Below are positions 1 to 14,833 of a stretch of 64,000 nt of DNA, piece after piece. The stretch is from Eledone cirrhosa. Lineage: Eukaryota. A program made the translations under genes and the position numbers. Position 1 is the stretch's first letter, and every line of letters starts with the position of its first letter. The stretch lies in contig OZ024760.1 in NCBI GenBank assembly GCA_964016885.1, positions 11,222,001-11,286,000 on the forward strand, in the 5' to 3' direction. The notes beneath the pieces are model-generated. The model was not told where the DNA came from and searched no databases. It was given only the letters and a program-made list of their open reading frames with translations.

Positions 1-281
1 TGTGTATGTGTCCATGTTTATGTATGAGTATATGTATGTTTGTATGTGTATGTGTATGTGTGTATGTGTGTGTATGTGTATGTGTGTGTATGTGCATGTG
101 GCTGTGTGTGTATGTGTGTATGTCTGACTATAGAGAGACAACAATCTCCTACTCTCTCCCCCTCTCTCTCTCCTCCTCTTCACCCCCACTGTCTATGTCC
201 CTGTCTATCGCCCTAGTTTTATCTCACTCTTTCTCTCTCTCTCTCTATCACTCACTCTCCCCTTCTTTCTCTCTCTTTCTT

Positions 282-327
<46 letters not shown>

Positions 328-378
328 GCTAGATAGGACAATCAATGAATCAATAAACCTATCAATCAATCTAACGCG

Positions 379-470
<92 letters not shown>

Positions 471-526
471 ATATGTATAGGTATATAAAGCAGGTATATA
501 TAACACTCTCTCACACACACACACAC

Positions 527-568
<42 letters not shown>

Positions 569-633
569 CACATTTATGGTGGGAATGCCTATAGTAGGTC
601 ACGCTTAGCATCGTGGACGACTGAATGAGTGAT

Positions 634-705
<72 letters not shown>

Positions 706-924
706 AATACATGCATATGCATATATACATACACACGCACACATACACACACATACATATACATATATATACATATATATATACATGTATATATATATAT
801 ATATACATGTATATATATTTATATATATATATATCTATATATATGTGTGTGTGTATATATATATATATATACATGTATATACATATATATATGTATATGT
901 ATATACATGTATATATATATATAT

Positions 925-956
<32 letters not shown>

Positions 957-991
957 TTATACGTATATATAATATATATACGCATACGTAT

Positions 992-1040
<49 letters not shown>

Positions 1041-1437
1041 CGTATATATATATATATATATATATATACGTATATATATATAAATATATATATATATGTA
1101 TACATGTATGTATACACACATGTAGAACTACATATATACAAACAGTTTGTCCAATTGACACCTACACTGTGTCTCTATTTATTCAGTTTCTTTGGAAAAC
1201 CTGTCGAAAAACACAATAAATCTTGGCTATTCCATCAATAGCTATTTTCAGAAGCTTGTATTCGCAACGTCCGCCATTTTGTCAATTAAATAACCGATGT
1301 GTATAGCAATGGCGGCAAATATGTCTGTTTATTTTTACGCTTTCTTCACCATTCAGCGTCCCTGTTGTGTTTTTTCTCTTTCATCCTCAGATCTATCTTC
1401 TCCCCACTTTATACAATTAAACCCCACTTTAGACGTG

Positions 1438-1489
<52 letters not shown>

Positions 1490-1605
1490 TGTGTGTAGTT
1501 ATATATATATATATATATAACTATTCACACCGAATATTGTAAAGATGTATAACTGAATGACTCTTTGTATAAACACGCACACAATCGCACGCACAATACA
1601 ATCAC

Positions 1606-1691
<86 letters not shown>

Positions 1692-1776
1692 TGTGTGTGT
1701 GTTTGTGTTTTATATGCATATATATATATATACATATATATACTTCTATATAAGAATGCATACATATTTGGACTCC

Positions 1777-1817
<41 letters not shown>

Positions 1818-1849
1818 TTAGACACAAACATACACACACACATATATAC

Positions 1850-1881
<32 letters not shown>

Positions 1882-2634
1882 GTGTGTATATATATATGAC
1901 GGAGTCCTGTGTGTTTTTATACAAAAAAGGAGAGAAATAGTACGAGAGAGGGTGAGTATGTGAGAGAGACAGAGTGAGGGAGAGGGTGAGTATGTGAGAG
2001 AGACAGAGTGAGGGAAGTAGGGGGGGGGGATGTAGAAAAGCAGAGGAAGGAAGAATAGGAAGAAAGAGTGAAGGTACAAATACATATTGTCAGATAGTTT
2101 CTAAACTTCATTGTCACTCCCTCCTTTATTTGTCTTACTACCCCCCTCCCCCCACACACCTCCTCCTCCTCATCCCTCCCCTCTCATCCCACACATCATC
2201 CCCTCCTTCTCATCCCTTCCCTCTCATCCCACACCTCATTCCCTCCCCTCCATCATCCGCAACAATCACCATCCTCGCCACCCATCTCCGCCTACTCCCC
2301 CCCCCCCACATACCCCTTACCCTCCCCACACCTCTTCCCCCGTCACCCACACCCGGCTCACCACCCGCCTCATCCTACACCCCTCCCCGCACCTCTTCCC
2401 CCACACCGACCTCACCCACCTCGTCCCACATCCCCCTCACCCACCCACAACAACCCCACACCACCTCTCACCCCCACCTCATCGCCCACCTCATCCTCTC
2501 ACCCCACCCATCGCCCTTACTCTACCCCCCCCCTCCCACTCTCCCTCTACCCCCCCCCACCATTACATCCCTTCTATACAATCTACCTACCTCAGCCTTA
2601 GTACTGGTCTCAGCCGGAATAATTATGACATCTA

Positions 2635-2683
<49 letters not shown>

Positions 2684-3215
2684 GTACATGCATACATGGG
2701 TGTATCAGTGAGTGTGTGTGTGTGTGTGTCAGTGTGTGTGTGTGTCAGTGTGTGTGTGTCAGTGAGTGTGTGTGTGTGTGTGTCAGTGTGTGTGTGTCAG
2801 TGAGTGTGTGTATGTGTGTCAGTGTGTGTGTGTGTGCTTGTTAGTCTCTGTGTGTGTATATATGTGTCTCTGTCTGCCTCTCTCTGTATGTACGTGTGTG
2901 GTGGTGGTGCTGTGGTAGTGTGTTCGTCTGTGTGTGTGTGTACCTGTGTGTGTGTCTCTATATGTGCATAACTGTATGTCTGTCGCTGTCTCTGTGTGTA
3001 CGTGTGTGGTGGTGATGGTGGGGTAGTGTGTCTGTTCGTCTGTGTGTGTATACCTGTGTGTGTGTGTCTATGTGTGCATGCGTTTTTGTGCATGTGTATT
3101 TATATGCGTGTTTTTTTTACCCCAACTTTTCAGTCGTAATTTATCTTTCTTTCGTTTTTACGATCGAAGAAAACAACCTGAGTTATCGCCCTTTTTATTA
3201 ATGCCACCTGATGAT

Positions 3216-3264
3216 GAGCCATATCTCATGCGGCCCGCTTCTCGAAAAAGGTTGCCCGTGCCTG
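3216..3264 (-). mobile_element. hAT (Charlie-like) DNA transposon/MITE terminal fragment
   Basis: Minus strand reads CAGGCACGGGCAACCTTTTT...GCGGGCCGCA, resembling hAT-Charlie type ends; no partner end seen. Confidence 0.45.
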
Positions 3265-3847
3265 CTTTAGGGTTTCCTTTGGGTTTTCCGTTAACTGTTC
3301 TTTGTCCTCAGTTTTAGGGATCAAGGATACAAACCCCAATAAGCACGGCCCCACATCCTTACAGAAAAGATAGGGCTCCATAACCTATTGGGGCTTGCTT
3401 TAACTGTTTTTTAGAGGGCTATTGGAAAGCTTCCTTCCTTATTTTCTTTCTTTGCCCTCAGTTTTAGGGAGCAAGGATTACAAACCCTAATAAGACCGAC
3501 CCTCATGAATACAGAAAAGATACAAGTCCAATCATCTTTTGGTGGGGTCCTTAACCGGTCTGTAGAGGGCGATGGGCTCTGCCAGGTTTTAAAATGCCCT
3601 AGAAACGCAGTATGTAAACATGGTGTCCCCACGACTCCCTCAAGAGTTATAGATCCATACATGCAGACAGGAGGTGGTTGGAAAGTCCCCTTCGTTCGTT
3701 CGTAGAGAATAGTCCGCCATCTTCCTACTTGCTTTGTATTTAGATTAACTCATATTAACTGTCATATCTTTGTAAATGTCTTGTTTTTCTCATTGTCAGA
3801 TGTTTCTTTGATCAGCAAAGCTACTCAAATGTCGTCGTCGTTAATGT

Positions 3848-3880
<33 letters not shown>

Positions 3881-4670
3881 GTCGGTGTTGTGTTGTTGTT
3901 GTTGTTGTTGGTATGTTGTTTTTGTTGTTGTTGTTGCTTTGCTGTTGTCGTTGTTGTTGTTGCTGTTGTTGTTGTTGTGGTGGTCTTTGTCACTGTTGTG
4001 GTCGCTGTTATCGTTGTGTTGTTGTTGTTGGTGTGTTGTTGTTGGTGTGTTGTTGTTGCTGTTGTTGTGTTGTTGTTGTTGGTGTGTTGTTGTTGCTGTT
4101 GTTGTGTTGTTGTTGTTGTTGCTCTGTTAACGTTGTCTAAATTTCTTGTCACTTGTTAAAATGTCATTATTTCTATATTTTTTTGTTCATTCGCCAAAGT
4201 GGCTGTGTGTGTGTATGTGTGTGTGTGTATGTATGTGTAAGTGTGTGTGTATGTATGTGTAACTGTGTGTGTGTGTATGTGTAACTGTGTGTATGTGTGT
4301 GTGGTTGTTTAACTGTGTGTGATAGTGAATATGTATGTGTGTGATAGTGTATGTGTATGTGTGTGCGTGCGTGGTTCTTTAACTGTGTGTGGTAGTGTAT
4401 GTGTGTGTACGGTTGTTTAACTGTAGACAACAATGTATATGTGTGTGTGTTTGTTTAACTCTGTGTGATAGTGTATGTGAGTGTGTGTGCGTGTGTGTTT
4501 GTTTAACTGTAGATAACAATATATTATATGTGTGTGTGTGTGTTTAACTGAGTGACAAGGTGTCTGTATGTGTGTAGGTGTGTATGTGTGTGTGTGTTTA
4601 ACTGAGTGACAAGGTGTCTGTATGCGTGTATGTGGGGGGAATGTTTAACTGTGTGCCTGCAATTGTTTAG

Positions 4671-4739
<69 letters not shown>

Positions 4740-4799
4740 CGAGACAGCATATTTATCTTTTCTGCTTACTGTTCCGTTTTTAAATATTTACTTATGTCC

Positions 4800-5500
4800 A
4801 GCAGCACCATCGCCACTACTACCACTACCACCACCACCACCACCACCACCAACACCATCACCATCAACACCACCAACACCACTACCACAACACCACCATC
4901 ACAATTACCACTATTACCACAACAACAATACCACAACCACCACCACCACCACCAGACAACAACAACAACACAACCACCAACACAACCACCAACACCACCA
5001 CCAACACCACCACCAACACAACCACCAACACCACCACCAACACCACCTTCAACACAACCACCAACACAACCACCAACACAACCGCCAACACCACCACCAA
5101 CACAACCGCCAACACCACCACCAACACAACCACCAACACAACCGCCAACACAACCGCCAACACCACCACCAACACCACCACCAACACAACCACCAACACA
5201 ACCACCAACACAACCACCAACACCACCACCAACACAACCACCACCAGACAACAACAACCACACAACCACCAACACCACCACCAACACAACCACCAACACC
5301 ACCACCAACACAACCACCAACACAACCACCAACACCACCACCATCAATAGCGACACCACAATCACGACCACCACCACCACCACCGCCACAACAACACCAT
5401 CAACAACGACTTCACAATCACCACCATCATTACAACAACACAATTACGATCACTATCAATACCACCACCTCCACCATAAGCATGTCCACCACCACAACCT
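4800..5500. repeat. (CCA/CAA)n trinucleotide and 12-bp (CCACCAACACAA) minisatellite
   Basis: Directly visible tandem units; source of the spurious PPTQ-repeat ORF. Confidence 0.9.
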
Positions 5501-5518
5501 TCATTCTTACTATTGTTA

Positions 5519-5559
<41 letters not shown>

Positions 5560-5564
5560 GTACA

Positions 5565-5794
5565 GGTGGTGGATTGGCCGTATCAGTAGAGAGTCGGACA
5601 CCATGCTTTGCAGCATAAAGTTACGGCCCTTTATGATCTAAGTTGAAATCCCGCCGAGGTTAACTTTGCCTTTCATCCTGACGGGGGTCGATAAAATAAA
5701 GTACCAGTAATGCACTTGGGTCGATTTCATCGGCTTAACCCGTCCCCTTAAAAAAATGACTTCGGGCCTTGTGTCTAAAGTAGAAGCAATTATT
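5565..5794 (+). mobile_element. tRNA-derived SINE (octopus-type), long variant
   Basis: A-box-like TGGCCGTATCAG, B-box-like GTTGAAATCC, family core GGTTAACTTTGCCTTTCATCC...GGGGTCGATAAAATAAAGTACCAGT, tail GGCCTTGTG..AAAGTAGAAGCAATTATT. Confidence 0.85.
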
Positions 5795-5807
5795 TTTGTT
5801 ATTATCA

Positions 5808-5930
5808 GAGGTTAGCTTTGACTTTCATCTTTACGGGGTCGATAAATAAAGTACTAGTAATGCACTGGGGTCCCTTTGATCGACTTCCCCCTCAACCAAA
5901 ATTGCTAGCCTTGTCCTATATAAGAACCCA
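5808..5930 (+). mobile_element. 5'-truncated SINE, same family
   Basis: Core and tail motifs shared with 5565-5794. Confidence 0.7.
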
Positions 5931-6184
5931 TTGTAATTTTTGTAATTATTTTGACGACCAGGTTAATCAATACAAAAGCCAGAATCCTGAAAATCCTTAT
6001 CGTCAACATTATTCAAGTTGAAGCGATCTGCAGCTTTTGTCTGCAATTTCTATATATTTCAGCGTTGATCGAAATTGGTCCCTTAGCAACCGATTTCATA
6101 TCAATTCCTCACCTGTCCAATAAGATATTGCACTGTCGCCATATTGTCATTCATTTCAATACCTTTATACCTTTATCTTCACAG

Positions 6185-6319
<135 letters not shown>

Positions 6320-6501
6320 ACTATGTATATATGTACATACATACATATATATGTATATATACATGTATACATATGTATATATATGTATATACATATATAT
6401 TTATGTATATATATATATATGTATATACAGATATATTTATGTATAAATGTACATATATATGTATATATACATGTATATATATGTATATATATATATCTAT
6501 A

Positions 6502-6545
<44 letters not shown>

Positions 6546-6670
6546 TATACACGTATATATATAAACACACATATATATATATATATGTATATATATTTAT
6601 ATATATATATATTCATACATATATATACACGCATATATATTCATACATATATATACACGCATATATATAT

Positions 6671-6739
<69 letters not shown>

Positions 6740-6985
6740 GAGAGAGAGTGAAAGAGAGAGAGAATTGACAGAGAGAGAGAGAGAACAATGTGATAGCAAG
6801 CTATAGAGAGAGACAGTAAAGAAATAAAGTTAGTTGTATGATATCGAGTATGTTTTTATCTCTACATTTACAGCGATATCATAATATATATTATACTGAT
6901 AATTTCATACTATTTATTGCATAGCATCACGTAATTGGTTGCACTTACTCATACCATTTATATTTATATAACAAGTCATATAGAA

Positions 6986-7100
<115 letters not shown>

Positions 7101-7202
7101 TGTATATATATATTTTTTTTTTTCACTATATAATATATCTATAACTATGTACCTATATATCTACCTTTGTATCTATCTCTCTATCTATCTATCTATCTAT
7201 CG

Positions 7203-7278
<76 letters not shown>

Positions 7279-7280
7279 CG

Positions 7281-7325
<45 letters not shown>

Positions 7326-7377
7326 CGCAGCTAACACAATCACATAACCGTATAAAAGACCCTACAGCTGAAAGTTC

Positions 7378-7409
<32 letters not shown>

Positions 7410-7569
7410 ATATAATCTTTATTACCTATTATGTATCTATATTACATATAATAAAATTACACATACATACACACACACTCACACACACACACACACACTC
7501 ACACACACAACACACACACATATATATGATCTGTATTACCTATTACGCATCTATATTACATATAATAAA

Positions 7570-7654
<85 letters not shown>

Positions 7655-7764
7655 TATGTATCTATATTAAATATGATATAATACCGACTAATATGACATT
7701 TCCACAACCTACATATTTAGGTAGATATTCTTTATCCTCTTTTTACCTTAGACATTATATATAT

Positions 7765-7935
7765 AGATTAAAGTTTAAGCAAAGAATCGCTGCTTTCACC
7801 CTTAACGGGATCTTCTGATTCTTTGCTTAAACTTTAATCTGTTATTTTAATAACTATTTGCTCTACGGTTCTTATATATTTGATATATATTTATCCTTAT
7901 CGAGCCCTCTTTGGCTTTTAGTCTTCACATTTATT
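7765..7935 (+). mobile_element. Fold-back PLE-like element, family D
   Basis: Inverted arm AGATTAAAGTTTAAGCAAAGAATC.. followed by direct GATTCTTTGCTTAAACTTTAATCT; flanked by (TA)n; other copies at 9033, 21764, 33666. Confidence 0.6.
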
Positions 7936-7957
7936 ATTATTACTATATATATATATA

Positions 7958-8115
7958 GGAACGAGTAGGACCCCGACGGCTGAGCTCAAGCCGTTTCGAC
8001 GGCCAATTCTGGACGTCGGGGTCCTACTCGTTCCTATTACCCACTCTACTACCCTAAGTATTGAGTACTTTGGTGCGTTATGGTCCACCTGGTTCCTTAC
8101 CACATTTCCTTCGTT
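7958..8115 (+). mobile_element. Fold-back PLE-like element, family A
   Basis: Inverted arm GGAACGAGTAGGACCCCGAC.. plus direct GTCGGGGTCCTACTCGTTCC...CATTTCCTTCGTT(TA)n; 8 copies in window. Confidence 0.75.
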
Positions 8116-8234
8116 ATATATATATATAATTTTTTTCGCCTATTTCCTTTTCGCCCGTTTTTTTCAGCCTCACTTTCATATTTCCTAAATTTTGTTTTCA
8201 AATGCATATTTAATAAAACCACCATGTTTTTTTA

Positions 8235-8295
8235 TTCATTCTGACGACTGAAGACAGACACAACATCTGTCTTCAAGAAACCAGTGCTAAATGAA
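8235..8295 (+). ncRNA. Type I hammerhead ribozyme motif (family G)
   Basis: TTCATT-CTGACGA-stem II TGAAGACAGA/TCTGTCTTCA-GAAA-CCAGTG-CTA-AATGAA (stem I TTCATT/AATGAA). Confidence 0.75.
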
Positions 8296-8346
8296 ATAAT
8301 TATCTTATGTTGTTTATTACATAACTATACTATATATATATATATA

Positions 8347-8577
8347 GGAACGAGTAGGACCCCGACGGCTGAGCTCAAGCTGTTTTGACGGCTAATTCTG
8401 GACCGACGACTAAGCTCAAGCCGTTTCGACGGCTAATTCGTCCAGAATTAGCCGTCGAAACGGCTTGAGCTCAGCCGTCAGGGTCCTACTCGTTCCTATT
8501 ACCCACTCTACTACCCTAAGTATTGAGTACTTTGGTGCGTTATGGTCCACTTGGTTTCTTACCACATTTCCTTCGTT
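8347..8577 (+). mobile_element. Fold-back PLE-like element, family A, with duplicated inverted segment
   Basis: Two inverted segments, then direct GTCCAGAATTAGCCGTCGAAACGGCTTGAGCTCAGCCGTC.. Confidence 0.75.
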
Positions 8578-8689
8578 ATATATATATATTTTTTTTTATT
8601 CGATCGACTTTCGTCAAATCGGACCGAGGAAACAATGTTTCCATCGGTCTTTCCAGTTGCTAATACTATCTATCGGTCGCAACTCCAGG

Positions 8690-8814
8690 TAGAAGGAGCA
8701 ACGTGAAATAAAATGTCTTGCTCAAGGACATAACGCATCGACTGGTCCAGGACTCGAACTCACAATCTCAAGATTGTGAATCCAATTCTCTAACCACTCA
8801 GCCACACGCCTTCA
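8690..8814 (-). mobile_element. Second tRNA-derived SINE family, head with CORE-like segment
   Basis: Minus strand GTGAAGGCGTGTGGCTGAGTGGTTAGAG (A box), GAGTTCGAGTCC (B box), TGTCCTTGAGCAAGACATTTTATTTCACGTTGCTCC. Confidence 0.75.
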
Positions 8815-8818
8815 CTCG

Positions 8819-9097
<279 letters not shown>

Positions 9098-9104
9098 TTA
9101 TTAT

Positions 9105-9193
<89 letters not shown>

Positions 9194-9516
9194 TTAGTAT
9201 GTTTCGATTTCTGTTTGTGTAACAAACAAAAGAGAATATATCTATATAGTAGACAAACTTGTACGAGACATTAACAAACAAAATAAGAAGAAGCAACAAC
9301 CAGAAGAAGAAGAAGCCACAATTCCCATGTGCCTGAACAAACGATATGAGTGTACATTGTGTGTTTGTTTTATAGTAATGCGCAGCCGCGGTATATATAA
9401 CTGCCTTTTCAATGTTTATTAGCGGCCATTATAGATTTCGTCAAAACTAATATTGGAGTAGATTCATAAATACAGACACATCGTATATTTCAACAATCAC
9501 AGACTGGTAATCCTCT

Positions 9517-9589
<73 letters not shown>

Positions 9590-9685
9590 CACACACATAT
9601 ATATGTACGTACGTATATATATATATATATATATACAAACACACACATATATACGTACGTACGTATATAGCATATATAGCACCAA

Positions 9686-9739
<54 letters not shown>

Positions 9740-9922
9740 ACGAATGAGGTTGGTAAGGAAACAGATGGACCATAATGCTCCAAAGTACTCAATACTGAGG
9801 GTAGTAGAGTGGGTAATAGGAACATTTTTGACCCCGACGGCAGAGCTCAAGCCATTTCGACGGCTATTTCTGGACTAGAAATAGCCGTCGAAACGGCTTG
9901 ATCTCTGCCGTCGGGGTCAAAC

Positions 9923-9925
<3 letters not shown>
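9740..9925 (-). mobile_element. Fold-back family A element (TATTTC subfamily)
   Basis: Palindrome centred on CGGCTATTTCT-GGACT-AGAAATAGCCG; same subfamily as 47188. Confidence 0.75.
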
Positions 9926-9959
<34 letters not shown>

Positions 9960-10002
9960 AGTATCTATATTTGTATATTTATAGACATATATACATACAC
10001 TA

Positions 10003-10087
<85 letters not shown>

Positions 10088-10236
10088 AATTAAAATACTA
10101 GAGTGTGTTGGAGTTAAACACCCTCTTCATATTATAGAAATGACAGTATAAGATATAGCTCAATGTAATTAAACAGAGCCGAAGAATTATAAAAAATAAA
10201 CCAAAGAAGCCTTCAATACATCAAAAGTCTTTATTA

Positions 10237-10274
10237 GCCAACAAAGTTTCGTCCTATTAAGGACTCATCAGGGC
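10237..10274 (-). ncRNA. Minimal type I hammerhead ribozyme motif
   Basis: Minus: GCC-CTGATGA-GTCCT TAAT AGGAC-GAAAC TTT GTT-GGC, followed by AATAAA; within a non-coding segment (~10086-10575) between (TA)n tracts. Confidence 0.85.
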
Positions 10275-10600
10275 AAGTAAAGCTACAAGAAGCACTATCG
10301 GCCAATACAAGCCAAAAACTCAGAAGAATATGGAGTATACATCTATTAAAGCCTAGGAAGGATATCAAGGAAAAGTAGGCTAAGATTAAGAGTGAGCAGT
10401 TACAAACATAGATATGGACCAAATAGCAAGGAAGTGATTAACATGTTGAACCCACATTGTAAATATTATATAATGCAAAAACTTGAAATACAAATGGTAA
10501 TATAATGCGAGAATTACAGTACGATATAGAATATAATATAATATAATAGATGGTGATAATAAAAAGCTTAATATCTTTATATATATATATATATATATCT

Positions 10601-10681
<81 letters not shown>

Positions 10682-10777
10682 TACATTAGTACAAATACAA
10701 TCTAACACTTATTAAGTATTTAAATATATATATATATATATATATATATTGTTTACAGTATAATATAATAAAGATAA

Positions 10778-11141
10778 AAATAAGAATAAAGATAAAAATA
10801 AAAATAAAATATAATATATAATTCCCTGTCAGTGTGCATAAACAATATAAAAACATTATAATAACGTTATAATAACAATATTATAATATATTGGCATCAA
10901 AAGATATACAAAATTACATCATATATATAATTCAAGGTTAACAAATATTATAAAGTTTTAAAACTTTATAATATTTGTTAACCTTGAATTATATACATGA
11001 TGTAATTTTGTATATCTTTTGATGCCAATATATTATAATATTGTTATTATAATGTTATTATAATGTTTTTATATTGTTTATGCACACTGACAGGGATTTA
11101 TATATTATATTTTATTTTTATTTTTATCTTTATTCTTATTT
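10778..11141. repeat. Spacerless ~364-bp near-perfect palindrome
   Basis: Centre AAAGTTTT|AAAACTTT at 10959/10960; arms differ by only a few substitutions. Confidence 0.9.
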
Positions 11142-11366
11142 CACTGAGGAACTGAGTTCCTCAGTGAAATAACAACCTAACCAGGAACTGGGCATATCAT
11201 AATATTGACAAAATTATACACCTCAACAACATATGTACTTGTCTATACCACACTAATTCGGACTGCCTGAAGAGGTCACAGCCAAAGATGGCTGTCACTG
11301 AAATATATATAGCAGTAATAAACGAAGCTAAATTTTAAACATTTGACTTTTTATTTAACTTTATTT

Positions 11367-11367
<1 letters not shown>
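11138..11367 (+). mobile_element. PLE-like pLTR element, family C, with short 5' fold-back
   Basis: ATTTCACTGAGGAACT-G-AGTTCCTCAGTGAAAT hairpin, then HHR and AATAAA, ending in (TA)n; homolog at 46501-46842. Confidence 0.75.
11262..11316 (+). ncRNA. Type I hammerhead ribozyme motif (family C)
   Basis: ACTGC-CTGAAGA-GGTCACAGCCA AAGA TGGCTGTCACT-GAAA-TATATA-TA-GCAGT, then AATAAA. Confidence 0.85.
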
Positions 11368-11461
<94 letters not shown>

Positions 11462-11532
11462 CCCACGTAGTCCACTGGTTGTGGACGACTGGTACTTGGT
11501 TTCCCTTTCTAGAAAATTTGCTTTGGTCCAGA

Positions 11533-11942
11533 TAATAATGAGTTTATACTTTTGGCACAAGGCCAGCAATAACCGCAGTGCATTACTGGTACTTCATTTT
11601 ATCGACCCCGTAATGATGAAAGGCAAATTTCACCTCGGCGGGATTTGAACTCACACCGTAAAGGACCGTAACTCTATGTTGCAAAGCATTTGTGTCTGAC
11701 GCTCTACCGATGCTGCCAATTCACTGATTTCTAGTGTAGGCACAAGGCCAGTAATTTGTGTGGAGGGGAAAGTCGATTACATTGACCCCAGTACATTACT
11801 GGTGCTTTATTTTATCGACCCCATAAGGATGAAAGGCAAAGGTAAGCTTGGTGGGATTTGAACTCAGACTGTAAAGGGCTGTAACTTTATGCCGCGAAGC
11901 AGGTTGTCCGACGCTCTAGCGTTTACTATCAATCCAACCCTC
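11533..11942 (-). mobile_element. Two tandem tRNA-derived SINE copies
   Basis: Reverse complement of the SINE core twice (about 11533-11725 and 11726-11942). Confidence 0.85.
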
Positions 11943-11994
11943 CAATAATAATAATAATAATAACAATGATTATAATGACAACAACAATAATGGG

Positions 11995-12380
11995 TTTTTT
12001 TATTGGCCACAAGGGCTATCACGAAGAAAAACATTAGAGACGGTACAGGACGGTACAAAGTGGGTTTGGGCCGTGTAAAGATGTTATAACAAGAAAATAG
12101 AAATGTGTAGAAACAAATAAAAAAATTCAAACAACAAAAATTGCCCAATAGGAGGGAAACCGCCGAGGGTCACTCGTGGCGAAAAACCACACAAAAGACC
12201 ACGGCCACCCTGACCTACCAGGGTGACCGCCCTCTCTCAAATCTCCCACTCCTCAGTCTACGGGCTTCGCATACTCAGAGCATGCTCAGAGCGGGTCCGT
12301 CGTTCACTCGGACCAGACTGGCCACTTTCACCCACCTTGCAACAGACTTACTAGAAGACAGCACGTGCCTCTCCACCTTC
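11995..12380 (-). mobile_element. Tx1/L1-like LINE 3' end
   Basis: Minus translation KVERHVLSSSKSVARWVKVA matches the C-terminus of the 22731-23675 element (RVEREVLSPSTFAKR); 3' end CTTGTGGCCAATAAA abuts an (ATT)n tract. Confidence 0.7.
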
Positions 12381-12599
12381 ATTTTTTTTCATCTTCAATA
12401 ATAGTAACACCAGCGAGAAGAAGATGTTCGCAACGTCATCGATGAGGCGAGACATTCTCCAATTACAAGCAATAGAAATGGAAAAATATGTAAAAGAGTT
12501 TGTAAACAGCAGCTTGTAATGGAGAGAGAAAACATAGAAATTGCTGGCCAGACATTCGTATGTGTGAATATTCCTGACGTCATACACGCACTAAAAACG

Positions 12600-13230
12600 C
12601 ACACGCACATATACACACATATACACACATATACATATACACATATATACATATACACACATATACATATACACATATATACATATACACACATATACAT
12701 ATACACACATATACATATACACATATATACATATACACACATATACATATACACACATATACATATACACACATATACATATACACACATATACATATAC
12801 ACACATATACATATACACACATATACATATACACATATATACATATACACCCATATACATATACACACATATACATATACACACATATACATATACACAC
12901 ATATACATATACACACATATACATATACACATATATACATATACACCCATATACATATACACATATATACATATACACACATATACATATACACACATAT
13001 ACATATACACATATATACATATACACACATATACATATACACACATATACATATACACACATATACATATACACACATATACATATACACACATATACAT
13101 ATACACACATATACATATACACACATATACATATACACATATATACATATACACACATATACATATACACATATATACATATACACACATATACATATAC
13201 ACATATATACATATACACACATATACATAT
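12600..13230. repeat. (CATATACA/CACATATA)n compound minisatellite
   Basis: Directly visible. Confidence 0.9.
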
Positions 13231-13476
13231 AGGCATACATAGAAATTGTTGCCCACACATTGGTGTGTGTGTGTATTCATGTCATAGAAGCAATAAATAC
13301 GCACGCACACATATACATATTACACACATATACACATCTATGCAGAATCACACGTGTATATTTTCATGTGGACAAACACCCACTAAATACACATACATAC
13401 ATACACACTTATATGTAATTAGACATAAACAAACATACATCTATATAAGTATATTTATACAAGAATATTTATATAA

Positions 13477-13571
<95 letters not shown>

Positions 13572-13654
13572 TATAATATTTTATATGCATATATATAGAT
13601 ATACATATATACATATATATATATATATAATATTTTATATGCATATATATAGAT

Positions 13655-13698
<44 letters not shown>

Positions 13699-13718
13699 TT
13701 ATATGCATATATATAGAT

Positions 13719-13755
<37 letters not shown>

Positions 13756-13780
13756 ATATTTTATATGCATATATATAGAT

Positions 13781-13811
<31 letters not shown>

Positions 13812-13844
13812 ATATTATATATGCATATATATAGATATACATAT

Positions 13845-13904
<60 letters not shown>

Positions 13905-13948
13905 TTATATGCACATATATGTACATATATACATACAAACTGAAAAAG

Positions 13949-14002
<54 letters not shown>

Positions 14003-14264
14003 ATATGTGTTGGTGGGTGTTTCATGGGAGTATGTATATTTACATTGAATTAGGTAAAATACTTACACAGATTTATTTATGTAAGCATGTTTAGGTATGT
14101 GTATACATAAATCATGTGTATATATGTGTATGTATGTATATCATGTGTATATATATATATATATATATATATGCCTATAAGGACAGTGTGTATATTCCAG
14201 TGTAGGTCAGATTTAATCTCGAAATTTAAAGAATAAAATGAGGAAATGGTAAGAAACAGATAAA

Positions 14265-14346
<82 letters not shown>

Positions 14347-14395
14347 CATATACGATATTAAACAAATGGAAACTATATTTATAAAACCATATTTA

Positions 14396-14457
14396 TTTCA
14401 TTATACATATTTCGGGGATACCATATTAAAAATATGGCATGCCTTCTTCAGATAAAA
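14396..14457 (-). ncRNA. Hammerhead motif (family B, left arm)
   Basis: Mirror image of 14599-14660. Confidence 0.75.
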
Positions 14458-14598
14458 TACAATATATAAACATTTTATAGATAATTTTGACGTATCATAA
14501 ATATTGACCAACCGTTATGTAAAAACCAGCTTTTTACATAACGGTTGGTCAATATTTATGATACGTCAAAATTATTTATAAAATGTTTATATATTGTA

Positions 14599-14660
14599 TT
14601 TTATCTGAAGAAGGCATGCCATATTTTTAATATGGTATCCCCGAAATATGTATAATGAAA
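14599..14660 (+). ncRNA. Hammerhead motif (family B, right arm)
   Basis: TTTTAT-CTGAAGA-AGGCATGCCATATT TTT AATATGGTATCCCC-GAAA-TATGTA-TA-ATGAAA. Confidence 0.78.
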
Positions 14661-14747
14661 TAAATATGGTTTTATAAATATAGTTTCCATTTGTTTAATA
14701 TCGTATATGTATATATATATATATGTATATATATACATATATATATA

Positions 14748-14833
<86 letters not shown>

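Larger units (their letters stand above)
14348..14708. mobile_element. Palindromic PLE-like element, family B
   Basis: ~178-bp near-identical arms around spacer CCAGC (14526-14530); within (TA)n; HHR in each arm. Confidence 0.85.

Noticed and set aside
1250-1320. AAAATGGCGG start or YY1-like motifs
   Set aside because: The minus-strand ATG opens only 9 codons; no other promoter evidence
12405-12600. Short open frame QREEDVRNVIDEAR..
   Set aside because: No recognisable homology or splice signals
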